Both the position numbers and the translations under genes were made by a program. Under the pieces are notes generated by a model, which saw nothing but the letters and a program-made list of their open reading frames with translations, did no database searches and was not told where the DNA came from. Below, in pieces: positions 24,904-38,103 of a stretch of 64,000 nucleotides of DNA (its first letter is position 1; each line of letters opens with the position of its first letter). The DNA comes from Camelus dromedarius. Its lineage: Eukaryota. Location of the stretch: NCBI RefSeq assembly GCF_036321535.1, contig NC_087436.1:74650001-74714000 (forward strand). The letters run 5' to 3'.

Positions 24904-27398
24904 GGAACCCTCTCCCCACTCCTTTGTTTGGTTAATCAGTAGTTGAAAGTACCATTAATACCAATTTATTAAAGGACCGGCTATTCAATTTGTATTTTTT
25001 TTTGCAACTTCTATGCTTTTTCTAACTTTTCTCCTGCTGTTTCCGTGTATTATTCTGTATGACTCCAAATATTTTAATAATACAGCCTCTTGTTGTATAG
25101 GTTCTAAATAATGCTACATTGATCAGTGGTTCAACCAACAATGCATTGCATTTTGCCCAAGACTCATGAAGGTTTCAAGCTACTTGAATAACAGAGCAGC
25201 TTAAAGTTGCAATTGGGATAACATCAGGGTGGTTATATTTAGTAATTATATTATTAAGATATTTTAAATTTAAGAAACCCCTCATTAGTCCATCTAATTT
25301 TTGGACATTTAGTTCTAAAAATAAATCCTTGAAAAACTTGAAGGAATCATTATTTGTTGCTTCAATGAATTCAAAATGTACAACATGGGCAATGAATCAA
25401 TTTTTTTCAGTGGAAATCTTATGAAGGCTTTTCTAAAAATTTCGAATTATTTTTGGAGATAATAAGATGTAACACAGAAACAGATGGAGAATCGAAAACA
25501 AATACTTGTTTTATCAAAGTAAGTGGCATTAGTTCTAAGTACCAAGTGAGTCACAGTTTCTGTTCTTTCAGACCAATTTAACTTCAGTATAATAACTCAG
25601 ATTTAATGAAAGTGTCCTCACAATGTGTGGAGAAAGTGTCGTGATCTGTGTATGCATCTGTCTGGAGAGTTTTGGAATTCTGGGGGCCTCTAATAATGAA
25701 TTATGCTAAAATGAGGCTTTAAAAAGGAAAAGAATTTATTTTCTTATATTGAGTAACTTAGGGCATTTCCTTATTAAACCAGAGCATTGCAAAATTTCAG
25801 AAAAGGGATGGAATAAAAATATAGTTCCATAATGAAAATAAAATCAAGTTTCCTGGAAAAGTAAAGTATCCATCTTGATCCTTAAGAACATAGGAAGAGG
25901 AATGTTCCACTTGGAAGTAGGGAGAGGAGCCCAGACTTCTGCTCAGGCAGCGAGAGAGGGGAGGGCCAGGAGCTAGAAGAAGAGTGTTCTGGAGAAATCC
26001 ATGCAAGGGCAAGGCAGAGTCTGGGGCGGGGAGAACTCGGCTGCCACTGAAGGCTCGTGGGACAGGCCTCCCGGACGCCTTCTAGATCTTCATTTAGGAG
26101 AGCAGAGTGCCTTTTGGCAGAGTTGTGATTTTTTCACTTCACCCCAGTGGCGTGAAATGCTCTTGATCAGGTTCTATTTCTGGAACAATCTACTAATAAT
26201 CCTTAGTAGGCCTTTCGTAGGCCCCTTATCCCCCAGACATTCTGTCTGAGTGTTGATCTGTGAAATCCCTTCAATGGGTCAAAGAGCCATGGCTCCACAA
26301 TGAGAGATAAAAGGCTTATGGGGAAAATTCACTGAGTAAAAACTCATTCCTACCCTTTTGGGAACAGACAATCAACCGAGGAGAATCACTGGCCGATATG
26401 AGAGGTTTTCATAGTTTTGGGAACTGCAGGCAGCTGGCGTAGAGGAGTGGGGAGAGAGGAGAGCTCAAGTTTCTCTTGTCTACCTGCGCTTCTTTCTCTT
26501 CAGTGTTTGGTGACAAATAGATTCTGTGAAGGTATTTTCATGTGGGAGGCTCGATGGTGCATCTAAGCCCACGGTGCCGCCTGGGTTGTGAAGCAGAATT
26601 TATGAAGCTGATTTTGCTGTTGTCTTATTCAATTCCTAGTGCCCCCAACAGTATTCATACAGAAGCTCATTTTCTCAGAGTACAGTGAACCGATGTCTCA
26701 TGAATGCATGCAAACCAACTTCCCTAATTTATTGTGATTGATTCAAATGAGCGGTCATCTCTCATTTTTTTTTACAAGTCAGCAGCAGTTACTTATTAGG
26801 TATTATATTATTTCACTTCATATTCTCCCTCTACAAAGCCTTTCAGGCTACTTGCAAGAACACTTCAACATTAACCATTCCATTTTGCTCATCACTGGGA
26901 GGGAACAGGAAGTCTGGTGTGACCAGCTGGAGGAAGCTGGTGATCCACACCATCAACCCGCCAAACGACGCTGACCCAGCGAGGTGTCTTCAGGCAGCAA
27001 CAATCAGATTTTGTGATTGAAATCATACCAACGCAGGAATTCACTTTGCACTGCCTCACTGAGTCATTTTTTAAAAGGGTACTTGGTAACCCAAATAAGT
27101 CTTTCTATAAATGGAAGAAACATCTTTGAGGGATGTGGAGGTCTTCCAAGTTCCTCATTCTATAGCCTTCCTCTCAAAGTTGCCCAAAGCCTGTTTTCTA
27201 ACTTTCTGAATTTTTTAAAATGACATGAGAACTACATTCTCATTGTAAAAGACAACATGAAGCATACAGATATTAAAATCCATCTTCTCTGAAGAGATTT
27301 TAATACCTCCTTTTCTGGAATAGAAGCTCTTTCTTTGTGGCTCTGGGAAGTGGTGAGAAGAGCAGGGCACCTCCTCACATCTCTTTCTGCATCCTTCC

Positions 27399-27775
27399 CT
27401 GTATTAGTCAGAAGAGGCTCTGTTGTGCGGTAGTGATAAGCAGACCCTGAAACCACACACAGCTCACTCAGGCAGGGTCTACTATAGGTTCGGCAGTTTA
27501 CAGGGAAGCTCTGTTCCAAGTGATGACTTGGGAATCCAGGTTGCTTTCACCTTACAGTGACTCTACCTGGAACACAAGACTTCTAGCAACACTGAAATAG
27601 GACATGAGAGAGAATTGCTGTAGACTGGAAATGGCACACATCACTTGTTTCCAGTTCATTGGCCAGAGCCTGTGTATGGCCCCAAATTAACTTCAAGGGA
27701 GCCTGGAAAGTGTTCCTGTGTGCCCAGGAATGAGAGGAAAAATAATTATGATGAGCACTGCTAAATTTCTACCAT
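27399..27775 (-). mobile_element. Old MaLR LTR (MLT1-like)
   Basis: TGTATTAGTCAG...GGAAATGGCACACATCACTT...TTCATTGGCCAGAGC...CAAGGGAGCCTGGAAAGTG. Confidence 0.6.
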
Positions 27776-29724
27776 ACTCCCTCCCACCCTAATGTTCTGT
27801 CTACCTCAGCGCCCAGGCACTCAGCAGTGATGATCCCAAATGTCCTCAACTTGTTTGTAGGTATCGCTATACCCATTCCTGAGCTCTGAGCTCTGAGCTC
27901 TCTGAGGAACCTCAGAGGCTAAGAAAGGAGGAGGTTCGCAGAGTAGGTGTGGCATGCGGAAGGGAACTAAATCCCTTGACGGGTGAGTTCCCAGGCTTGA
28001 GAAGGGACAAGCCACCAGAAGAGACTAACTTCCCTTTCCCTAAACATACTTACCCTCTGGCCCTACCCAGTATGATAGGTGGTATGGTAGTTTTCCGTCT
28101 GATCCCGCTACTCTGTAATGATGGGGGTTGTGCAGTTTTCTCCCATGAACTTCAGTTTCTAGAGGGGAGAATCTGATTTTCACTTAGCCCTTGAGCATAG
28201 ACAATAATGGAAGAAAATTTTTGAAATACTCGAGATTTACCCTTAGAGGCCTATGAACTTCCTGTTTATGCTTCTAAAGTATCCCATGCCTCTTTATTCT
28301 GCCTCCCAACTCCAGCTTTCCTTCCCACTTCACACATTTAGTTACCTACACTCAGTGAAAACACACACACACAAGTCAGCTTCAGAAATTCTCTCCCTAA
28401 ATCAGTTTCCAAAGTCCCTTTTTTTTCCCTCCCCAAGTCGTCCAACCTTTCTCAGCTCTAGTGGAGCCAGATAATTATTCATGATGTAAATACCAGGTAC
28501 AATTTTTGGTTATAAAAGCCTTTATTAATTCACAATTTAATCTAGATGTCATTTATGGGCAAACATTTTAATTAGGCTATTAATTCTATTAGCGTGTTTG
28601 AGTTTATATATCCTCTGCAATAAAAATTTTCTACTTTCTTCATTGGTCCTCATTCTCTAATTTTCTGTGATTTAATGCCCTCTGTTACATAGTTTTAATA
28701 CCATGATTTTTGGCAATCTATCTCCATCCCTTAGAAAAGTTAGGGCTTTCTTAAACATGATCCAGCCCCTTACTCTGTGAGCATGCATTGTTAGATTTGT
28801 AGATAGGGAGAAAGTGGTTATAGACAACTTCTCCACATCTGTGAGGAGGTTGGTTGAAATCTAAAGGAGAGTTAAAGAGGCATTTGAAGAAGTGCGGTGA
28901 CCTCTCTATTGAGGGAGCGATGTCCCTTTGGTAGTAAGCACATCAGAATCCACCACTCAGGTCCCTCTCTGCCCAAGCCTATGCAGATGTGTCTATAGGA
29001 TGAGGTCCAATAGCCCTTGTGCATTAAGCTGGATGGGCAAAGACAATTTCACCTTAGCTCTTTTAAACTTCCCAAAGTGGAGAATGCAAGTCCAGCATCT
29101 CAGAATTCTGAGATTCCAGGGATGTGTTCTCTAAACATCAGAACTCCCAGATTCCTGTCTCCAGCAGGAAAGTGCTTTAGAGAGTTCTTATTCACAATGC
29201 GTAACATAAAAAGTTTTCACATAAAAAGAGAAGTATGAAAGATGTAGCTAAACAGAGGTAAAACCGACCATTTTAAGATCTCCTTTCCCCAAACTGGATG
29301 CTTTGAGAGGTTCAGTGACTTCTCTTGGGCATGCAGTAAGAGGTGCGGCTAGATCTCTGGGTTCTCAAGCTACTCTTCTGACCACAAGACCACACTTCCT
29401 TCCTCTCCTGCTGATATGCAGAGAAGAATGTAAAATGTAAGCAGCCAGAGTGGTGACAAGTGCATGAAAGAAAACAACACAGTGTTACTGAGCAAGAGTA
29501 CAAAATAAAAGCTGAATTTAGATGGCTCTTTTAAGAAATTGCTTTATAAATTCAATAGGAAGCTCTCAATATGCAATTTAAATGAATGAAACAACTTATT
29601 AAAAACCTGCCATATGCTAGGCACCCTGGTAAGTACCAGGGATACAAAGACTGCACAAAATGAAGTTCCTACTGTCATGTGTTTGAAATCATCACTAAAC
29701 AACGAAGAGCAGCATGGTAGACAT

Positions 29725-30089
29725 TGTAGCCCGGCCCAGATTCCCTTTATAGGCTGGGGCAGCCACCCTCCAGTTGCTGCGAGGGCTGTGGCTAACAGCT
29801 CATACCTGTGACTTTCTCCAGAGTCTTGACCTTGGCTAAGTGGAACCACTTCACTGGAGAGTCCTGAGAGGTTCTACTTCTCCCCTGTCCAAGGGTAACC
29901 AAGGAATGACTCATTTCCACTCTTCCACATTCCTTCCCAGACTCTACCTAGCTCAGCTCCTCACTCAGCCCTTTCCTATTCTGCTTCTTCCCCTCCTCCA
30001 GCTTGTCCTAAAGAGCATTCACTCAATAAAGTACACACACCAGAACCCCTTTCTCAGGCTCTGCATCTACAGAATCCAACCTTAAACAA
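29725..30089 (+). mobile_element. ERV-L LTR (LTR16-like)
   Basis: TGTAGCC...CCAGTTGCTGCGAGGGCTGTGGCTAACAGCTC...CTCAATAAA...CTCAGGCTCTGCATCTACAGAATCCAACCTTAAACA. Confidence 0.7.
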
Positions 30090-30319
30090 TAGGTGTTTCT
30101 TTAAGTTACAGAGTAGTTTCCTAGATGCATTTTCTAGGGTAAGACTGGTAACATTATGCAGTTCCATACAAGTTTTAAAAGACCCCAACATTTTCAACCA
30201 TCTATAGGACATTTAATATGATACCCCATGTCCCCTCCATTTTCCTTCTAAAGACTAAACAATATTATTTTTCAATGTGACCTTTCAGTTAATATTTTTG
30301 GTACTTAACAGATATTCTT

Positions 30320-30514
30320 GCCACCTCTTTCACTCCCTCGCCTTCGGATATGGCCTGCACTCTGCCTATGGAGTGTGTACCTACTTTTACTTTAACCTGA
30401 GCACCCAACCCCCACACCTCATGGCCTTTCTCTTGCCTTCTGAAATAGCCTGCACTCTGTGGAGTATATATCTCTCCAAATAAATTCTACCTTTACTCAA
30501 AAAAAAAAAAAAAA
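30320..30514 (+). mobile_element. Polyadenylated, TSD-flanked LTR fragment (retroposed LTR transcript end)
   Basis: Matches 12995-13176; AATAAA at 30479-30484; A16 at 30499-30514; TSD agatattctt at 30310-30319 and 30514-30523. Confidence 0.88.
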
Positions 30515-30687
30515 GATATTCTTTGGGGAATAGACTAATATAGAACAGTAAATATGTATGTATCTACATGAAGGCTATGTGTTTTAGCACTTTCCCACAA
30601 TTGGGTGGTCATTACAAGCCATTTCAGTAAAAAAAAAAAAGTTTTTTCATACTCATTATAGAACAATAGAATAAAAACTATCTAGGG

Positions 30688-31545
30688 AGAGATGCTCAAT
30701 ATTGTTAATTATCAGAGAAATGCAAACGGGAACTACAATGAGGTTTCACCTCACATTGGTCAGAATGGCCATCATTAAAAAATTCACAAATGATAAATGC
30801 TGGAGAGGGTGTGGAGAAAAGGGAACCCTCCTACACTGATGGTGGGAATATAACTTGCTGCAACTGCTATGGAAAATAGTTGGGAGATTCCTTAAAGCAC
30901 TAAAAATAGTTACTATATGATCCAGCACTCCCACCCTGGGCATACATCCAGATGGAAGCTTAATTCAAAAAGATACATGCACCCCAATGTTCATAGAAGC
31001 ACTATTTACAATAGCTAAGACATGGAAGCAACCTGAATGTCCATCAACAGATGACTGGATAAAGAAGCTTTGGTATATTTATACAATGGAATACTACTCA
31101 GCCATAAAAAAGAATAAAAGAATGCCATTTGCAGCAACCTGGATAGCCTTAGAGATTATCAGACTAAGTGAAGTAAGTCAGACAAAGACGAATATTATAT
31201 GATATCACTTATTATAAAAATAATACAAATGAATACAAATTTTATATATAAAACAAACAGACTCACAGATACAGAAAACAAACTTATGGTTACCAAAGGG
31301 GAAAAGAGTGTGGGGGAGGGATAAATTAGGAGTTTGGGATTAGCAGATACAAACTACTATATATAAAATAGACAAACAACAAGGTCCTACTGTACAGCAC
31401 AGGGATCTGTTTTCAATATCTTATAACAACCTATAATGAAAAAGAATATGAAAAAAGAATATATATATGTATAACTGAATCTCCATGCTATACACCAGAA
31501 ACTAATACAACACTGTAAATCAACTATACTTTAAAAAAAAAAAGA
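30688..31545 (+). mobile_element. 5'-truncated L1 (ORF2 C-terminus plus 3'UTR)
   Basis: The ORF at 30987 reads MFIEALFTIAKTWKQPECPSTDDWIKKLWYIYTMEYYSAIKKN (L1 ORF2 end); poly(A); near-TSD aaa(a/c)ctatct(a/g)ggg at ~30674 and ~31549. Confidence 0.95.
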
Positions 31546-32002
31546 GAGAAACCTATCTGGGGGAAACTGGTGGTCTTACTGTTGAGGCAATCACCCTTAA
31601 CAAACCTGTAACCAGGTGTTGGATGGGAGATTTTGGCTATTGTGTGCCTTATTCATGCGTTTTAACAATAAACTGTGACTGCATGATAAAGAACACTGTC
31701 AATGCAAACCCTATTAAAATTAAACATATTTTTACTATAATACTAGTATTTATGGTAGAGGTAACTCCTGCTGATATACCCCTAGCCCTCACAGTCTGGT
31801 CCCTCTAAACAATCAAATTCTCCTTTTTGACTCTCCTGTGTAGTTAATGCATAAACATTCCACCCACCAACACCTTAAATATTAATCAATGAGGTTAAAT
31901 TATTAGAAATGAGATTAAAATATCAGAGCCATCTCCAAAATATGCCTCTCCTCCGACTCCGCACAAGAGATGATTGATTATTTAAAGACAAGGACAGGGC
32001 AG

Positions 32003-32420
32003 TGTTAAAGAAAAAAATTATTCATGACACTTGTTAGAGACATTCAGGCAGACTTTATTCAAGGGAGGCAACCTCAGTGAGGTTTCGTGTAGCAGGTAGA
32101 GATCTGGTCCAATTTCAACTCCAACAAGGATAAGTGCGGATTTACAGCCAAGGAGGAGGGTAGGGGTCAGTGGATAGAAAATTAATTAAAGAAATCATCA
32201 GGGGTAAGGAGGATTCATGCTAGAAGACTCAACAGAATTCTTGCTAATGGCAGGCCAGAGTGATAAGATATTGGGGGGGTGGATTTTCAATAAGCCGATT
32301 TAGCAGCATTCTTGCTCAGACAGAGTCTAGGAGAACAGAGGGGAAAGCCCAAGGGCTGGCCGAGTCCAGAGGAGGATTCAGAAGCCTGGTGAAAATCAGG
32401 TCAAGAAGGGAGGCTGTCAG
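32003..32420 (-). mobile_element. Old ERV1 LTR (MER31/MER67-like)
   Basis: TGTTAAAGAAAAAAATTATTCATGACACTTGTTA...GACTTTATTCA...GCCAAGGAGGAGGG...GGCTGTCA. Confidence 0.6.
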
Positions 32421-32479
32421 CCATAACCAAGAGTTGACGGAGGTTATAAAGTTAGTGCAACAATCACTAACCCTTAGCG

Positions 32480-32700
32480 TGTCTTGTTACTGTTCTAAGA
32501 GCTTTGCAATATTAATTTGTTTAATCTTCACAATAATCATATGCATAGATACTTATTACCCCCATTTTATAGGTGAGAAAAGTGAGACCCAGCAAACTTA
32601 AGCAACTTTCCCAAAGCCTCCCAACTGTTAGCTGAAGGATTTAAACCTAGGAAGTCTGGTTACTGAATCCATTGTCTAACCAGTAAGACATACTGCCTTT
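32480..32700. mobile_element. MIR fragment
   Basis: TTTAATCTTCACAA...TATTACCCCATTTTATAGGTGAGAAAAGTGAG...GGATTTAAACCTAGGAAGTCTG. Confidence 0.7.
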
Positions 32701-34707
32701 TTGTGTGAGAGAGAAGAATTAAAACCTAAGAGCTGGAGACAGGCTTTACAGCTGACGGAGTGAGCTGGAAGGTCTAATAGAATAATTTATAATCTCATCT
32801 CACTGGTTACTGTACCATAGTTACAGACAGAATTTTAGATTAAGTAGGTCAGTTTCTAAGATGAGCTGCAGCCCCTTAAATGAAGAGAGAGCTGAAAGTA
32901 TGGGTAATACTTATTAAAATGCATGAAAATGCCAATGTTTCCTTTTAAAAAAAACAGTTCTTATTGGACATTGGTATATTTGCATTTTAAGAGGAAAGAA
33001 ACTGCAAATCTTGGAAAATTCTCATCTTTGAAAACTCTCTGAGGGCTCATTAAAAATGGAATTTGTTCATTGTCTAGGGCATTAGAAGGTGCTGCATGTA
33101 TGTAGCCTCATTAGGATTTTGTATTTAGTGCCTCTGGTTTATAATGTCATTTATTATGCAAAGAACACAGCATTATGGCCATAATCTGAAAACACAGAGA
33201 CAGCAGTTACAAAGTAGGTCTCGGAAACAAGATTACCAGTTCGGAATGGAAACAGAAGGAAACGCCAAGTCCCACATTTTAGAAGTGAGTTGCATTGTAA
33301 GTAGCATCTCCTTTCTTAATGTATCTCCCCCCACCCCAAATTGGCCCAAGGTTGTTGCTATCATCAGAACCACTCCTCTAAAGTAAGAAATGATCTCTCA
33401 AAAATATTTCTGTTTTTTGGAATGCTTAACAGTATCACACCTTTAAAGCTCTAACGTAGGTTACTTCCAGGTGTTAGCATGGAGCAAAAGATTATAATAT
33501 AGAACAGATTTTGCTTGAGTGAAAGGAAAGAAAATGAGCAGGTCTGGCATGTTGGGTATTGCATGGAGGATGGCCTATTCAGGTTGAAGGACACAGTGGC
33601 TCTGAGTTATAAGGCACATCGTAGGAGGCAATCTGCAAAGGACGAGGTTTCTCAGAACGCATTTTGACGTTGCTGATGATCAGGAAGCTTTTTTTTGAGG
33701 GATCTGGAATGTCCTTTTGCAAGGTCATGAGATGGAGTCTTATGTATTTGGGATCATTGAAGAGTTGTTTTGCTTAATGTGGTAGAGATAATTGGTTCAC
33801 CCTTTGCAGTGGACATCTTTTGAAGTGAGTCAACTGAAAATAAACACTCACCTTCCACCTAACTGCCCCAGTCTGGTGATCCCGGGTGAAAAGACCAGGC
33901 CAACCACCCCCTCAACCTCCACGTGTCTCCACCATCACTCCCACTTCATATAAGGTGGTTCCTTCATTCTGTCTCTCAGCTGCAGTGCACTGTACCCACC
34001 ATGAATATTTGACCCAAGCTGGACCAGTCAGAGCAACTTCCCTGCGAATATGGAATTGAGGTGGGTGCAGAGTAGCAGGAAGGAAAAAAGAGAGGCAAGG
34101 AGGAGATTGATTCAGTTTCCCTGTTAGGCAGAGTGGTTACTCAGTTGTGGGGAGACTTTCTGCCAGGCAGACGGGGAAATAGAGAAAGCTAGGGGACGTG
34201 GACAGAAGAAGGAGACAGACACAGAGATACAGAGGAAACCCAGGTGTGGCTCTTTTCTGAGACTGAACATCCCTTTATGCTTTTGTGAGTTACCTCTGTA
34301 TCATTATAATAAATTCTCCTTGTTCGTTTAATTTAATTTGCTGGGATTTTTTTTTTGTTAATGACTAAAAGAATCTCAACTGGATACACCCTTTTCTCTC
34401 ATTACCATAATGCTATTTAGTTAGATTGTTTTTCTCTTTGTGAACCAGGTGGGAAAAGCAGCAAATTCTTCCACTACACAGTTCCTTCTGGCTGTGACTT
34501 CCGTATTTTATAGCTCATGGAACATGAAAATCACTTCAACTTTATTAGTTCCCCTTGCACCTGATGTATGGGAGCATTGTTGGTATTTAAACTGAGAAAT
34601 ATGGTTTAAAATTGAGATAATAATGTGAAAGCACTTAGCATGAAGCCTTCCCAGTAGTTAGGAGGTAATTAGGTTCCACTGGATACAAAGAAGAGACTCA
34701 CTATGTC

Positions 34708-34765
34708 ATTATTATTATTTATTATTATTATTATTTTATTTTATTTTATTATTATTATTATTTTT
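34708..34765. repeat. (ATT)n/(ATTTT)n microsatellite
   Basis: Directly visible. Confidence 0.85.
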
Positions 34766-35430
34766 TAAACAGTGAGGTTTTGGAAGGATATCAATAGAAA
34801 AGGAATCTCTGCTAACAGCTGAGGTCTGGCTTGGCAACTCTACGAACTGGACTTTCTAGTTAGCCTCTCAGGAGCAGGAATTTGTTGACCTTACACCATT
34901 AAGGTGGCTAAATTTCTCTTTGTCTCCACATTTACTGCTCCTGCCTCTGCTGACACAATTATTCCCCTTTCTTTCAGCCCCCTTTCTCTACCTCATTGGT
35001 TCTCCTCACTCATCACGTCTCCTTTCTTGTAGTTTCAGTTTCTTATATAACTTTTGGATGCTGGTGACCCATTATAGCCCTGACTACCATTTCTTATCAG
35101 GGTGTTTTTATTCCTCCCAGCTTTTATGTCACCTACACCTGGCTGATTCTCTCTCTTTTTTCCTCCCTTTAACATTTTGGAAAGAGGGAGTCTGATTTCG
35201 CTAGTTAATCTGTTTCAGAGGAGCACTTGTATTACTCTTCTCAGAATGTCTTGGTTTCCTTGAGCCTCTGTGTGGGAGGTCCTCAGTCCAAAGTCAGAGC
35301 TGGATGGAATTAGTGATGACAGGTGTTACGAAAGAGCTGCGAGGTCTCACGGTAGATCTGGCAGCCCAGAGCTGCCTCCTCAGGAGAGACTGTGGACAGG
35401 AGTCACTTGTTTAAGACAGCTCTCAATTAG

Positions 35431-35550
35431 TCTTTCTTTTCATTCTTTCTTCCCTTCTCTTTTCTTTCTTTTCTTCTTCCCTTCTCTTTCTTTCTTCCTC
35501 CCTCCCTCTTTCTTTCCTTTCTTTCTTTTCTTTCTTTCTTTCTTTCTTTT

Positions 35551-35596
<46 letters not shown>

Positions 35597-35795
35597 TTCC
35601 TTCCTTCCTTCCTTCCTTCCTTCCTTCCTTCCTTCCTTCCTTCCTTCCTTCTTCCCTCTCTTCCTTCCTCCCTTTCTTTCTTTCTTTCTTTCTTTCTTTT
35701 TCTTTCTCTTTCTTTCTTTCTTTTTCTTTCTTTCTTTTTTTCCCTCCCTCCCTCCTTTTCTTCCTTTCCTTTCTTTCCTGTCTTCGTTTCCTTCC
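35431..35795. repeat. Compound (TTTC)n/(TTCC)n polypyrimidine microsatellite, ~360 bp
   Basis: Nearly pure C/T tract with perfect TTTC and TTCC cores. Confidence 0.97.
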
Positions 35796-37062
35796 AGCAT
35801 AGTGACCTGAGAAAACACCTTTCTCGAACTGTTCCATCTTTCACGTTTGTATGGTCCTTATGTATTTGCAAACTCCCCAGAAAATGACTTGTGCCTAGAG
35901 ATTTTTCAACTTTCTCGTGGTACAGTACTTCTCAAAATGTGGTCAATGGACTCCTGGGGAAATCCTCTCTGGGGTCTGCGAGGTCAAAATTACTTTCATT
36001 ATAGTGCTAGGATGGTACAGTCTTATAATCTTGTTTCTCCGTGTGGATATATGCACTAATGGTGTAAAGCAATGGCGGTTAAAATTGCTGGTATCTCTAT
36101 ATGACCCAAAGCAGTGTCACCAAATTGTACTAGGGGTCATTGTTTTATCATTGTCACGCGCTCCCAGTAAAAACCAAATCACACCCACACCCACCCACAC
36201 CCACACACACAAAGCCAGTTTCCCTTAAGAATGTCCTTGATGGAGCAGGAAATTATTTTATTAAATCCTGACACTTGGTTATACATTTTTAAATATTTGT
36301 CCTTGATGAAGCAGTAAAATGATTTATTTTACTAAATCTTGAAGCTTGGTTATACATTTTTAATATTCTGTGTTTAAAAAATGAGAAATATGCATAAAGC
36401 ACTTCTGCACACAGAAAAGTGTAATAGTTGTCTTAAGTAAAAGAACTTGTGCGATTGCTTGAGATATGAGCTGGACTAGCTGCTTTTCTTGTGGGACATC
36501 ATTTTCACTTCGAAAAAAATGACTGACAGAAAAACTATGGTTATTTAGACTTGGGCATTGGGCAGATATTTCGTTAAAAATGCATGAAGTGAACCTGTCA
36601 CTTCAAGGAAAACAGCTGACAGTGTTTATTGCCAATGAGAAAAAATTGGAATGAAAATTAGAATTTTGGGAAGTGTATACACCGCTGTGAGCTTGATAGT
36701 TTCCCAATACTCAAAGACCACTATGAGATTGGTGGTGATATTAGTGAATATAATTTTTGATATTGTATGTTGAAATATGTTAATATTTTGAAGATTTGCC
36801 TAATTCAGTGATGCAGTCCTTTCCAAAATGACCAAAGCTTTATGTTACAAAATCATGCTGGGTAAAAGACCCACTCTAAATGCAAGATAGACTACAGGAG
36901 TTTATCATAATAGAGTTTAAAATTTCATTATATGGTTTCAGATTCCACGTTATAACTAACCTTTAGGAAATTACCACTTTTTGAGTTTTAGTGTAGCATC
37001 AAAGAAAAATACCCACAACTACCTAAAAGGATTATTAAAATGTGTGTACTCCTCCACTTTCT

Positions 37063-37532
37063 TTCTTTTTTTAAAAATTTATTTATTTATTAATTTTGAC
37101 GTATAGTTGATTTACAATGTTGTGTTAGTTTCAAGTGTACAGCAAAGTGATTCAGTTATACATATACATATGTATTCTCTTTCAGAATTGTTTCCATTAT
37201 AGGTTATTACAAGATATTGAATATAGTTCCCTGTGTTCTACAGTAGGTCCTTGTTGCCTATTTTATATGTAGTAGTGTATATGTGTTAATATGCAACTCC
37301 TAGTTTATCCCTTCCCCCTACCTCTTACCCCTTTGTTAGCCTTGGTTTGTTTTCTATGTCTGTGAGTCTATTTCTGGTTTGTAAATAAGTTCATTTTTAT
37401 CATTTTTTTTAGATCCCACATATAAGTGATGTCATACAATATTTGTCTTTGTCTGACTGACTTAGTACAATAATCTCTAGGTCCATCCATGTTGCTGCAA
37501 ATGGCGTTATTTCATTATGTTTTTTGTCTGCA
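37063..37532 (-). mobile_element. L1 3' end inserted in the Charlie element
   Basis: L1 3'UTR motifs; 16-bp TSD tactcctcca(c/t)tttct at 37047-37062 and 37533-37548. Confidence 0.9.
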
Positions 37533-37915
37533 TACTCCTCCATTTTCTAATAATATAATCTGTGTGGGTCAGATTTTCTTCATATTCTTAAAACAACGTA
37601 TTGCAACAGAATGAATGTAAAGGAGATGTTAGAAGCCAGTTGTCTTCTAACAACCCAAACATTGAGATTTGCTAAAATGTAAAACATTGCCTCCTTTTCA
37701 CACTACTTTTTTTTGTTTTGTAAAATATAGTTATGTTTTATAAAAATGGTATTTATGCCAACAAGTAGTGGGATTATTATTTATTTTTGATAGAATCTAT
37801 ACAGAGAAATTTAAAGAATTTTTCAGTTCTAATTTCTAATGCTTTAAGTATTTATTGCTCTAATCCACCTAAAATAAATTCTTTGAGGTCCTCAACAATG
37901 TTTAGGAGTGTAAAG

Positions 37916-38103
37916 CAATGGTGTGCAGGAGCTGTGTGGCACAGGCTTGTGACAGCCAAGGTGAGCATCTCTTTCCAACTGTGCGCAATGACATCATATT
38001 GATGGCTTAAAATTAGACATGGAGAAAGTATTTACAAAACAGAAACCAGCAAAAGTACAGAGAATTAAAAACTGTTTATTAAACACTTACCAGTATATTA
38101 CTC
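37916..38103 (+). mobile_element. hAT MITE (MER63-like) nested in the Charlie element
   Basis: CAATGGTGTGCAGGAGC...TTAAACACTTACCAGTATATTACT; flanking duplication tgtaaag at 37909-37915 and 38104-38110. Confidence 0.75.

Noticed and set aside
30987..31202. ORF with a clear protein match
   Set aside because: C-terminal remnant of L1 ORF2 in a 5'-truncated copy; not a host gene and not an active L1.
35270..35887. ORFs of 131-205 aa on both strands (F/L/S-rich and K/E/R-rich)
   Set aside because: They are translations of the TTTC/TTCC microsatellite, which lacks stop codons.
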